This document shows, piece by piece, positions 24,235-36,165 of a stretch of 64,000 nt of DNA. How positions within the stretch are numbered: position 1 is the stretch's first letter; every line of letters starts with the position of its first letter. Location: the NCBI GenBank assembly GCA_049724395.1, contig JAUGWO010000051.1, positions 1-64,000 of the forward strand, in the 5' to 3' direction. The notes under the pieces were generated by a model. The model made no database searches, was not told the DNA's origin, and worked only from the letters and a program-made list of their open reading frames with translations. This stretch comes from Spongospora subterranea f. sp. subterranea. Taxonomy: Eukaryota. Both the position numbers and the translations under genes were made by a program.

Positions 24235-25068
24235 ATGCAAAGACCTGACAGTACGAACAAAGAAAAAAGAAGAAACGAACTGCAACGAGAAATTCGGAAC
24301 GGTCTCCACCCTACTTGTGTCATGGAAATATACAGCAAAACATACAAATTTAAAGACGTTCTGGGGATAGGAAACTGTGCATTGGAAGCGATCCGAACAA
24401 CAGGGCTCATTCCTAACACATCTGTACAACGTTTGAGAACGGACATCTGTCAATACGCCAGAAATATACAGCAAGGGCGGACTATAGCACAGGCCATATT
24501 GAACTATGCAGGATCATTGCCAAATCAAGACGATCTCTCACTGGATGTATACCTCGACATAATGCAAAGAGATTGTCAATGGGCTGGACTATTTGAGCTA
24601 ACAATTGCGTCATTTATGCTCAAAATCAACATCATCATAATAAGTCATTCAACGAAACCATTCAGCACAAATATCCAAAAATGGATTGATAACTCCTTTC
24701 CAAAGCTTCGAGATGCCTCGGAATGGAATACGACAATACACCTATTGCATCATAAACAGGGAAATCCATTGAACCAAATGGAACACAGCAGGCTCAACCA
24801 CTATGCAACTTTAATCCCGATAAATATCGACGTCCGAAACGCAAAATTGACTGAGATGATGACAGAAGCACAATGTGAACAGTACATCTCTCAATACAAA
24901 GAGAATGCCACTACTGATAACGTCACACAAAAAGCAGACGCAGCTACCGAAGAACACAGCAAATATACTCAAATTTTATTCACAAAAACGATGGAACACC
25001 AAACAGTGACTGTAAGGAACTCTCCTGTGGTGCAGGTTAAAACAGGGCCTGATACCAACAGAAACTGA
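24235..25068 (+). CDS. OTU-family cysteine protease domain, probably the 5' part of the LINE that resumes at 29857
   Basis: VLGIGNCALEAI..LR..YLDIMQRDCQWAGLFEL..INIIII..IHLLHH..NHYATL; same A-rich strand bias as the APE-RT region. Confidence 0.75.
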   Translation: MQRPDSTNKEKRRNELQREIRNGLHPTCVMEIYSKTYKFKDVLGIGNCALEAIRTTGLIPNTSVQRLRTDICQYARNIQQGRTIAQAILNYAGSLPNQDDLSLDVYLDIMQRDCQWAGLFELTIASFMLKINIIIISHSTKPFSTNIQKWIDNSFPKLRDASEWNTTIHLLHHKQGNPLNQMEHSRLNHYATLIPINIDVRNAKLTEMMTEAQCEQYISQYKENATTDNVTQKADAATEEHSKYTQILFTKTMEHQTVTVRNSPVVQVKTGPDTNRN

Positions 25069-25326
25069 TAATAGAATGAAAAACACGAACAAAATCAGTC
25101 TCACACCCAATAGAAGCAACAAACGACTCTTTCCATTCTGCACTGAGGATGACAAACATGCCAGGGTCCATGAATTCAAACTGAAAAGATTTAAGCCAAA
25201 ACGAACAAATAAGCAAGTCTTGGAAACTGAGAAGGAAATTCAAGGCCATAACTCCAAAAGGAGACACCCCAATGAAAACGAGCCCGAATGCCCGAATGCA
25301 GCCACATGACAAATATCCCATCAATG

Positions 25327-25813
25327 TGAGAAGAGGTCAGACTACCAGGGTGCGTACCGGTCGTGTTCGCGGCCCGTCTGCCGTCGTTGGTTGGGCTCGT
25401 GTCGACCATGGATATCAGCAGACCGATTCGAAGGTTATCGGCACAATTGTCAAGTGAGTATTGATTGGTAGCGAAGCGATGCGCCGGCGATCAGTACAGA
25501 CGGGTCAGCCGGCACTAGTTGGTTGGTAAGCAAGCGGCTTCCTGCTTGGTTGGTGAGCAAGCGGCGGAATGCAGCCGATAGGCGGCCTAGACCTTAACTC
25601 TAGGTCTAATAAATACTCACTCGACAAATTAGTCCTTCAATCTTAGGTTCAACGATGCCTGATAGTTCTGATGCATCTGTTTCGGTTTCTCATTGATTAG
25701 ATCTAGAGTTAAGGTCTAGACCGCCTATCGGCTGCATTCCGCCGCTTGCACACCAACCAACTAGTGCCGGCTGACCCGTCTGTACTGATCGCCGGCGCAT
25801 CGTTTCGTTAACA
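25327..25813 (-). repeat. 3' LTR of copia element, expanded by an internal inverted duplication and filler
   Basis: Matches 29567-29851 at both ends; 25468-25627 is an inverted LTR segment. Confidence 0.9.
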
Positions 25814-28800
25814 TCCCGCCCGAGGTGCCGGCGATGAATGTTGTCGCCACGAACACGTTTCGAAGACGTGCGAATAACTCCGGCGCCAACGCCTTTGTCA
25901 ACGAATTTGCTAACATTTGGCTGCTAGGATAATACTCCAACTTGATCGTGCCATCAGCTATCTTGCCCCTGTATAGTGAAAGCGAACGTCGATATGTTTA
26001 GACCTGCGTGAAGTCTGGCCGTTCTCTGCTAGAGCGATCGTGGACTGGTTGTCTTGAAAGATTACAGTCGGCTCCTCTTGCAATGCACCAACAAATTTCA
26101 TGAGGCCGCGCAGCCATGTGGCTTCCTTGGAGGTTAACCAACTTAATGCTCTGTGGACTTAGAGGAAGAGGAACCCTGACGTCGATCTTCTTGTCGCCGT
26201 GCATCCTGCGAAATTGGCGTCTGCGTACGCTACCAAAGGTTGGCCGTCGCTCCCGCCGAATTCTAGGCCGATGTTGATTGTCGCTGGGAGGTATCGCATG
26301 AGTCTCTTGACCGCAAATGTCGTCGGGATTGCTTGCGAAACGTGACGCAAAGCCAACACCAAACGAAAGATCAGGCCTCGTGCCCATCGCCAGGTACATC
26401 AGCGATCCAACTGCTTGCGAATACGGAAAGTCAGCTGCTGGCCCTTCGAATCTGAACCTCCAGGTTCGTGCCAGGCGCGACCGGGCATGTGATAGGACGA
26501 CAGTCCGCCATTCTAATCGCTCTAAGACCTTCTTTGCATACGCTGATTGGCTCAGCTTTATCAGCTTCTGCTTTCTGTTGCGCTCGACCTTGAGTCCCAG
26601 AACATAACTGACGTCGCCCATCGGCTTCATAGAAAACTTGTTTCGCAGAGACTTCTCCAACTCGGTAATCTGGCTCGTCGACTTGGATTCTATGATTATA
26701 TCGTCGACATAGATCGCAACAATGACCAGTAAACCGTCGAGGTAACGCCTGTACACGCACGGGTCCTGGTTCGAGCTGATGAATCCCATTTCCCGTAGTT
26801 CCTTGTCGATCATCTTCCACCACACACACCCGGCTTGCTTCAAGACATATATCGCCTTGTGCAGCTTGCAGACGAGCGCTTCGCCGTTCGGTCCCTTCTC
26901 CTGGAAGCCCTCAGGTTGCTGCAGGTAGATGTCTTCGTCCAATCGTCCATAGAGGAACGCTGAATCGACAACTAGTTGCTTGACCTCCATGCCCTCCCGA
27001 GCCGCGATCGCCAGGATGGTCCTGAGCGACGACAAAGACACCACGGGCGACGTCGTCTCTGTGAAGTCGACTCCCGGTCTCTGGCTGAACCCCCGCGCCA
27101 CGTACCTCGCCTTATGCCGCTGGACGTTCCCGGCAGCATCGGTCTTCGTTTTAAAGCATTAGTTCCCGCTCACGGTCGTCCGTCCAGCGGGTACAGGCAC
27201 TAAAATCCAGTTGGCGTTCCTTTTAAGTGCCTCGTACTCATCGACCATGGCTTGTCGCCAGCTTGTCGACGCCAAGGCCTCCGATGCGGATCCTGGCTCC
27301 GTCTCGCTCGTCTGAGCGCTTAATGCCCACTCGTCCATGAACCTGACAGGGGGCTTTCGGTCTCGTTTCCCTGTAATTTCCATTGGCGCCTCGCCCGCGA
27401 CTTCCTCCTTCGCCGACGCTTCAGCAGATCCGCGTTCCTCATCCGTCGGCTCCTTCTTGGCGTCTGTGCTTTGACTTGGCATGCTGACGCTTCTCTCAGA
27501 CGGAGTCTCGAGTTCGTCCTTAGTCCAGGTTGGTGGCCGCGTCGCCGCGCCGCCCGAGCTAATCGCGATCTTACCAACGATTGCATCCCGAGAAATGAAC
27601 CTTTTCTTCGTCGCGATCCGCTCAAAGACGCCAGCCCTGGCGCCGTCAGCGTATCCGAGAAAGATGCAGTCCTGGGATTTCTCGTCCAGTTTTCCTCTCA
27701 GCTCATCAGGTACGTGGACTTGTGCTTTGGCTCCGAACAGTGGAAGCTGGATAAGGTCCGGCTTCTTCGCACAGAGCATCTCGTATGGGGACGCCATCTT
27801 GTCATTGCTCGACGTAGGCGTCCGGTTTCTTATGTAGGCCGCCATGGCAGTCGCGTGCTGCCAGTATTCGTGCTTTAGTCCGACATCAATCATCAAGCAT
27901 CGGGCCATCTCCATGATCGTGCGGTTCAGTCTCTCGGCACGTCCGTTTTGCTGGGGCGTTCTGGGCGCCGTTCGCTCCCACTTAATCCCATGCTGCTTCA
28001 GATACTGCAGCGCCTGATTATTGGAATATTCACCACCACCGTCCGTTCTCAAGCATTTGATCTTCACACCGTGTCGGCGTTCGAATGCTGCTCCAAAAGT
28101 CTTAAAGGCTTGGAGCTGCTCCGATTTTGCCTTCAAGAAGCTCAGATGGGTCCATCCTGAGAAATCATCAAGGTAAGTAACCAGGTACAGGCTTCCTTGC
28201 AGCGACTTAGTTCTCATGGGTCCACATAGGTCGCTATGGATGAGGTCCCCCGGATTCTCGCTTCTGTGACCAGATTTCTTCGGTATGGCCGCTCTCGCCA
28301 TCTTCCCTTTCATGCACGTCTGACAGGACTCGTCAGGAATGTGATCTTCGCTCTTCAGCGGCGGCAGGATCCCCGCCCTGCTCATCGCGGTGATCGCCTT
28401 GAAGTTGGTATGCCCGCAGCGCCGGTGGAAGTCGACGATGTTAGCTTGCTCGCAATCCTCCGTCGCCGTCGCCGCCATAACCCTGAATACACCGCCATGC
28501 TTTCCGACCGTTATCGCGACTCGATCGTCCTTCATTACCCTGCACAGCCCGTTCTCGATCATGACTCTCACTTCTGGGGTCGACGATGCTGACAGCAGGT
28601 TCTCTTGGAGACCGGAGACGTAAAGGACGTTCTTCAATGTCACATCCGGCGAGGATCACGGCCCGCCCCTTGTGGGTCGCCGTCAGTCTTCTTCCGTCTC
28701 CGAGCACCACGTCGATATGGTCCTCCACTGGCTAGGGGTCAATCAATGTCTTCATCGAGCCGACCATATGCTTGGATGCCCCACTGTCCAAGATCCAGGA

Positions 28801-29566
28801 GTTCTTGGGAGCGACGTTGGGATCGCTCCCGCCCAATCGGGCCGCAAACAGGAACTCCTCCGTTTGTCGCTTTAGCCGCTAGCTCGTTGTTATTCTTGGA
28901 TTTCGACCGACAATCTTTCGCGAAGTGCCCGATCTTTCCACAGGCGAAGCAGGGGCCCTTCTTCTTCGTTTTCTTCTTCGCGGCCGCCTTCATGGCCGTC
29001 TCCGGCTCGGCACTCTTGCATTCGATCGACGTGTGGCCACCAGCTTATTGAAGAGCTCGGCCCGCTGCAGGACGGGCCCGTTCATGATAATCTCGATGAC
29101 GTTGGCGTACCTTTGTGCGCCCATGATTGAGAAGCAGGTGGTCTTCATGAAGACCTCATCCGTGATCTTGGATCCCGTTACCTCATCCAGCTCGTCGGCC
29201 AAGTTCGACAAGTTTGTCAGGTGAGCGTACAGATCCTCGTTTTCCGCCAACTTTGCATGACGAAACTTTTGGGTCAGGATAAGAATCGACTGCCCGCTTC
29301 GTTTGCGATAAAACGCCTTCAAAGCAGACCACGCTTCTCGCGGTGTCTTGGTCTTGTTCACCAAGACGAACTGACTTGACTCCAGTGCAGCTATTAGGAC
29401 TGAGAAGACCTTGTTCTTCGACGCCTCGTCTCCGATATCTTCCGTCAACGACTCCTTGAGGTTGTAGCCTGTCAGGTGTGCCGTAAACCCGAACTCGAAC
29501 GCGCTCCAGTTCTTTCCGTTAAGCTTCTCGCCGGTGTACGCTCGGATGGCGCCTGGGCCCTTAACC

Positions 29567-29851
29567 TGAGAAGAGGTCAGACTACCAGGGTGCGTACCGG
29601 TCGTGTTCGCGGCCCGTCTGTCGTCGCTGGTTGGGCTCGTGTCGACCATGGATATCAGTAAACCGATTCGAAGGTTATCGGCACAATTGTCAAGTGAGTA
29701 TTTATTAAATCTAGAGTTAAGGTCTAGACCGCCTATCGGCTGCATTCCGACACCGCTTGCACACCAACCAAGCAGGAAGCCGCTTGCTTACCAACCAACT
29801 AGTGCCGGCTGACCCGTCTGTACTGATCGCCGGCGCATCGCTTCGCTAACA
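29567..29851 (-). repeat. 5' LTR of copia element (285 bp)
   Basis: TGTTAG...TTCTCA on the - strand, followed by the PBS. Confidence 0.95.
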
Positions 29852-29856
29852 CAATG

Positions 29857-32175
29857 GTCCAACCAGTTCCAGGATCCGCGCAACCTTGCCAGCATAGACC
29901 GATGCAATCCCGAATTACCCAGTTTTTTAAACCTAATCACAAAACCCACAAAATACTTCTAGGAAACACAGCAACTAAACGCCAACTGGTAACACAACAA
30001 TCAGAAAAACCAATCCCGTTACGATTTTAAACCAGGAAAAAAGCAAACCGTATTACCAACTACTTCAGCACGGAACAAAATACGAGACTCTTTGAGAAAA
30101 AACACACAGGACTAAACCAGATCGCCAATCACGACTATCGAATTGTACAATGGAATGCCGGCCGGCTGACAGAGATTAAGTCTTACGAACTGGCTCGGTT
30201 CACAAACAAACACAAAATCGACGTTATATGCATATCCGAACTTGGCCACAGAAGAAGAATAGCTGGATTCCCTAAATATCACTGCAGCGATACATTCACT
30301 CATCATCAGCAATATTCTGGAGGAAGGCACTGGACATTCAAACAATTAACTGCCTCACAATCAGCAAATTTAAAAAATCGCGAATCAAAACGCAACTACT
30401 AGTTCTGGAAAGCAATGGAACAATTTGCAGATGAACAGAATATGCCAACAATAATTACAGGGGATCTGAACACAAAAGATAAACGATTTGGAAAAAATCA
30501 CGAAGAGCACCACGAATACCTTGACTCTATTTTAATGGAATTCTCCATGATAAATGATGTCAACACACCAGCCAGAGGACAAAACAATTTAGACATCACG
30601 CTTTGCAATCAAACGTTTCTCCCCTTCGTCCAAAGTTGGAAAGCCCACGCTAATTTGAGCAGTGACCATCTGCCAACAACTATCAAAACTACCATCCCAA
30701 CAAGGCGGCAAAAACGCACAAACACGCTGAGAGAACACATCAAAATAATCGATAATGAGAGAACCATGAACACGCTCATGGAGCGAATCACAAACATGAC
30801 CCGCGATCAACTGACTCTAACAAATATTCATAGGACTATAGCAGGGTCGATCCCATCACAAAACTATTCGTTGCAACGCATGTCCCTTCTAAAAGGATGA
30901 ACTAAAAATCTCATGCAAGCGAAGGAACCGCGCCAAAACAAAATAGCAGCAATCAATGGTGAACAGCACCGAGCTGACCGTATCGAGACAAGGAAACGAA
31001 AGTTACACAAACTAGACACACGTTTCAAAAACCTATTTAAAAAACATAAACACAAACACTTACTCAGACTGGCAAAAGAAGCTAGTAAGGACAATACGGG
31101 AGCAGCAACATGGAAGATGCTGAAAACCCTGATTCCGCAAACAAACAAAATGCATCGTATCTTCGCAACACAAACCAACAATGCAATTGAAGAATTGCAA
31201 ATATCGCAGAAAATTTCAGCGCCATTTATAACTCACTCGATCTCGAGCTATCCAAAGATGAGCGAAGAAAATACAATGAATTGGTCATGGACCTAAAAGG
31301 GCGAAGGGCTTGTAGCCATGCACCACCCATCACAAAAAGAGAGCTGGACAGGGCAGCGACAAAGGCAAAAGTAGAGCAGCTCCTGGAATAGACCGGATCT
31401 CTTCAGATATGTGCAAATGACAGATTATCAGACAGCGTCAGACAAGCGATTTACAATCACATCATTATGAAACGTCACTCCCTGATACCTTGAAGATGGA
31501 AAAAATAATCCTTTTACCGAAATCAGAACCCGGTGACTACCGCCCGATAGTGTGTTGACTTCATTGGCAAAATTGGTTGAAAGTATCATTGAACATCGAC
31601 TACGCCAGCAAGCAGAGAAGCACATTCCGAAAAATCAATCGGGTTGCAGACCAGTTCACAGCACCTCACATGCGTTGCTTACACTTCTACACAATTCAGG
31701 CATTGCTGTGTTCCTATACGACTACATGAAAGCTTTTGACAGACTCCAACGGCCACTCTTGATAGAAAAATTGAATCGAATGGGAATAGAATCATATCTA
31801 ACATTGTTGATTGATAGCTGGTTAACGAACCGAATGTACGACTTGCATTTTCGAAATGTGCGATCATCACAGTTTGAGCAGAATAATGTAATTCCACAGG
31901 GATCCAGTATTAATGTTCTACTGTGGATATTGTATATCTATGATGCACCTGTTAATATGAACAATAGCAACGTATATGTTGACGACACTACACAATGGGA
32001 ACAGGGCACTTCTAAGAAAGAGGTCGCTGATAAACTACGAGAAAGCAGCAGCGAACTGTATGAATGGTGCAAGGCCAATAAAATCAAATGGATGAAGACA
32101 TTTTTTCTGTTTGATAGGCACGAAGACACAGACAAACTAGTGGTTGATGCAAATCACAAAATCCATACTGCGAAA
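29857..32175 (+). mobile_element. LINE (non-LTR retrotransposon) APE endonuclease and reverse transcriptase, degenerate and 3' truncated
   Basis: RIVQWNA..DVICISE, IITGDLN, NLDIT, SSDHLP (APE); QSGCRP, YDYMKAFD, IPQGS, YVDD (RT). Confidence 0.9.
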
Positions 32176-32179
32176 ACAT

Positions 32180-32390
32180 TCTTCGCAAGATCTATCTTTA
32201 CGTACTCGGATTTGTGTAATCGCCAATATGGGCATCGGTGGTCATCGTGGCATAAATCCGCCTTCGATTTGATCTCAGCCTTTTTCTTTTGGCTTGATTT
32301 GAAGAACGATGTTACCCGTTTCATTAACCGATGTATTCATTGCCTTTCGTGTACAAAACCTGTTCGCATCCCGCGCCATCTGGGCTCTGC
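32180..32390 (+). mobile_element. gypsy integrase zinc-finger fragment abutting the LINE RT
   Basis: GGHRG..FFWLDLKNDVTRFINRCIHCL..PRHLG. Confidence 0.7.
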
Positions 32391-32391
32391 T

Positions 32392-32893
32392 AGTTATGAA
32401 AACACCCCTCATCCTCTCACTTCTCTCTCCGCTCTTCTTCCGTCTTTTTTCATTTCATTCTCTGCTTTTCTTCAGCCCTTCTCACTTCTCTCTCCGCTCT
32501 TCTAGGTCCATCTTTTCTCACTTCATTTTCCGCTCTTCTTCCGTCCTTCTCACTTCTCTCTCTGCTCTACTTCCGTCTTTTCTCAATTCTCTCTCCGCTT
32601 TTCTTCCGTCCTTCTCACTTCTCTCTCTGCTCTACTTCCATCTTTTCTCACTTCATTTTCCGCTCTTCTTCCGTCCTTCTCACTTCTCTCTCTGCTCTAC
32701 TTCCATCTTTTCTCACTTCATTTTCCGCTCTTCTTCCGTCCTTCTCACTTCTCTCTCTGCTCTACTTCCATCTTTTCTCAATTCTCTCTCCGCTTTTCTT
32801 CCATCCTTTTCAGTTCTCTTTTTTTTAATGTTTCCTGTCTTTTTTTTTCGAGAAGGGGAAGTGTGGCCCGGCTTCCGCCCTAGGGCCGTAACA
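32392..32893. repeat. Probable solo LTR containing a pyrimidine-rich tandem repeat (~33/66-bp units)
   Basis: Ends (a)gttatg...gtaaca; repeated cttccgtccttctcacttctctctctgctcta. No TSD found. Confidence 0.5.
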
Positions 32894-32913
32894 ACTCCGC
32901 GCAATAAATCATA

Positions 32914-33516
32914 CTCCCTCCGTTCGGATTTAATGGGAACATTGTGCGCGGATTTTTGTTCGGAAATAATGGGAGCATTGTGCATAAATGGCACAATCCA
33001 ATGAGCAGGTGAGACGATGTACTCTATAAAATCTCACATTAAAAAAAAATCATATAATCAAGACAATGTCGACTGCCCGAGCACTTATTCTGACTCTTTA
33101 TTGAACAATTGGGTTACAAGTTGCCTGCTTCGCTGCCTCAATTGTCTCTGTTGCGCAGCATAAGTACTCGGGCCATACCGGAGGTTTCCATCAACCGTGC
33201 GTTCAAGCATAAACTCGTAAACATTTCGCCGTTGTTCAGGAGTCAGTTCTTTGCCCTTAGAACCAATCCTTCTGTTGTCCAAGTTCCCATTGTCTTCCAT
33301 TGATGCAAACCGGTACTCCAAATATTGTCCTTAAAACTAGCAGCACTCGGGAAAACATATCTCACCGACGGTGAGCCCGCCAAAAATGATTGTTACAGGC
33401 TTGGAAAGCCAGTGCAAAAACCTTTATTTATAGCCTGGTCACGGTGTTTTTTGAGTTGATTTGACCCTAACCTCGCAAAAAAAAACAATGCGCCCATTAA
33501 ATCCGAACGGAGGGAG
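32914..33516 (-). mobile_element. Non-autonomous mariner derivative (Stowaway-like)
   Basis: TIR ctccctccgttcggatttaatggg at both ends, TA TSD; transposase N-terminus KELTPEQRRNVYEFMLER. Confidence 0.85.
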
Positions 33517-33834
33517 TATCCTTATTACTCCAATCTATCCCTCGTGATCTCTTCTGTAATACCTCCTTTCTACAGCTCGTTCCCTCTGGATTGACTACAC
33601 TGTTGGTGGCAGGAGTGGCAGGCATGTCCGGGTGAGTGTTAGGCATGAATTCGAAACCCCGCAGTGTATACGGTATTGGAGATAAGATTTTCCACTACCT
33701 GTGAAAAAAATCCGAAAAAATGTGTTCCACCGGGCAGTGTATATTGAAGTGAAAACTACCGAGAGGCCGCAGATCATGTAACTATCCACTAGCATTGCCG
33801 CTAGTGGAAACACATTCCGGAGTCCGGCTGAGAA

Positions 33835-34600
33835 ATGTCGGCAAATGACGGTGCAGGTGACGTCGTGAAGAAACGACCGCGAGGCAGGAACTTTCGGCAG
33901 GCTGATGATGAGCGCCTATGCCGGTGCTGGCTGTCGGTCTCGCAAGACCCAATTCTCGGCAACGGCCAAAATCTTGATTCGTTCTGGTCAAGGATTGCCG
34001 ACTTGTTCAACGAGGGAGTCGCGGCAACTGACCCATGGCACCGTTCTGCCGCGTCTTTGCAGTCGCGTTGGTCGCCGCTACAAGCGGTCGTTGCCAAATT
34101 CTGTGGCGTTTACTCACAGGTCACTGAAAAGTACCATTCTGGTTGGAACGAACAGATGGTTGTTGAAGAAGCGCTTCAACGCTTCTCAATCAAAGACCCC
34201 CGCGGTGCCGCCTTCTCGAGTATATCATCGTGGAATATATTACGCTTGGCACCCAATTGGCAGTCGTATTCCAGAAGCCTGATCGGAGGAACCGGCCCTT
34301 CAACTCATGGTTCACTGAACCATGAGTTGTTCAGGTGTGCAAGAAGACGACACCACCCTGGTTTCACCGCGGAGACCAGTGGGCAACAAGATCCCCAAAT
34401 TGCAGAAAAAAAACGACGCGAAGGTCGAAATAAAGTCTGAAAAGAACAGAATTTTGGCGATGGAAGCGTCTGCTCTGCAAGACGAGGTCACCATCAAATA
34501 TTTTCTACAAGACCCTGATTGCGACGACACAAAGCAGTATTTCGCGTTGAAACGCAAACAAGTGTTACGTCAATTGATGGAGAGTACGGCTGAATATATT
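33835..34600 (+). pseudogene. Pong/PIF ORF1 (Myb-like / NAM-associated), frameshifted
   Basis: RGRNF..DDERLCRCWLSVSQDP..GNGQ..FWSRI..SLQSRW..KFCGVY..SGWNE..WNILR.APNW. Confidence 0.85.
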
Positions 34601-35800
34601 ATTTATCTCCATGCTCTTTCCATAAGTGCTCAACAATATCGTACGTCAGCATTTTATGCTGCTCCTTATCAACAATTTCCTGTAATCGATAACGAAGCTC
34701 TTGAACAGTAGGTGAAATGGCCGATGCTGGTGATAGTTTGATTTGATGGCGACTTGAGTCCTGAAGCAGGTAGTGGTTGGTTAAAAGGTAGTCGTCACGC
34801 TCGTCCATCAGTCACCATGTTGTGGATTATTATACAGCAGATGATCACATCCTTCATCGCATTTGTATGCCATAGTCTGCAGGGTCTATCAATGATTTAA
34901 AATCGAGCTTGTAGAACTCCAAAGGCTCTTTCAATATCTTTGAACAGATTCCTGAGTAGTTGCAAACAGCTTGTGTTTGGCAGTGATAGGTTGTGATATG
35001 GTTTTGACGAAAACTGACCAATCAGGGTTAATACCATCGGCGAGATAGTACGTCTGGAAATGTTTTCGTTGATAGAGCATAAATTCGGCTGCAGGCGATT
35101 TACCCATCATGAGCGAAGCAGTCAACGAAGATCTTCTCAAGGCATTTGTTGGACCCTGGCATGCCAAAAAAAGCATGCCAGATCCAAAGATCATACGAGG
35201 CTATGGCTTCTAATATAACTGTCGGTCCGTCTTCCTTGCCTTTGTATTGGCCCGACCATGCAGTTGGACAATTTTTCCAGTGCCAGTGCATGCAGTCAAT
35301 AGAACCCAGCATACCTGGGAATCCTCTTGCAGCGTTTGTTGTCAAAATACGATCAATGTCATCCTCTGTTGGTGACCTGAGGTGTTCATCGCCAAATACG
35401 TCGATGACTGTTCTACAGAAATGCTTCAAACATGATAATTCCCCCAAACGAAGATTCTCATCTAATGCATCTCCCGAGCAGCCATAGGCTAACATTCTCA
35501 TGGCTGCTGTCATCTTCTGCAAACTAGAGAGACCCATAACCCCTAGAGCATCGCATCGTTGCTCGAACTACTTATTTTCGGCGAGGACTCCATCGTGAAT
35601 CTTCAAGAAGACAAACTGCCTCATCCTATACCTTTGGCGGAAATCGCTAGAGCTGTAGGTTGGATTGGCAGAAAAGTAGTCATTAAAGAGACGAAAGGCG
35701 TCGCCTGGACACCGCCTGACGGCTGGCGTTTTACCGCGCGTTCTTTAGACGAAGATGAAGAACTGTCGCCACTGGTCTCATCTTCGGGTCACTATCGTTT
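34599..35800 (-). pseudogene. Pong/PIF-Harbinger DDE transposase, convergent with ORF1
   Basis: QKMTAAMRMLAYG, RGFPGMLGSIDCMHWHWKNCP, LWIWHAFFG, YYLADG, DIERAFGVLQARF. Confidence 0.92.
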
Positions 35801-36165
35801 TGCAACTCCTCCTTGATCCGCTTTCGTACCAAATCGATGATTTTATTGCGGAACATAATTGTATCAGATTGCCTGCTCAGGAGTATTTATGGGATAGCTC
35901 TTTTTTAGTGTGTCTGAAATCGCTACTGCATGTACGAGTACGAATCCGGAGAGCCACCGTGGAAAGTACACACTCAAAACGGAGCTTTCTGTTGTCACGT
36001 TTTTGTCAAAAGCGGCGTGCTCTTCTACGATGGAATGGCGAAGAGGAAACTTCGCTGGCATCTTGCATATGAAGTTACCTTACCCCGTCATTTACCTCGT
36101 TAACCAGCTATCATTGCATATACGTGAATTTTCGCACTACAATGGCACAAAGATCACAACGTTAA

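Larger units (their letters stand above)
25327..29851 (-). mobile_element. Full-length but frameshifted Ty1/copia LTR retrotransposon
   Basis: TSD CAATG (25322-25326 and 29852-29856), LTRs, PBS ggttaagggcccag, gag CFACGKIGHFAKDC, protease WILDSGAS, integrase HSDLCGP/RTDGGGEY/QNGRAER, RT ARGFSQ..YVDD, RNase H YADANFAG. Confidence 0.97.

Noticed and set aside
31552..32505. RT-integrase fusion protein as a novel element
   Set aside because: Chance junction of a truncated LINE RT, a gypsy integrase scrap and a low-complexity repeat; the pieces are degenerate.
32309..33004. 231-aa Ser/Leu/Phe-rich ORF
   Set aside because: Translation of a pyrimidine-rich tandem repeat, spanning three unrelated elements.
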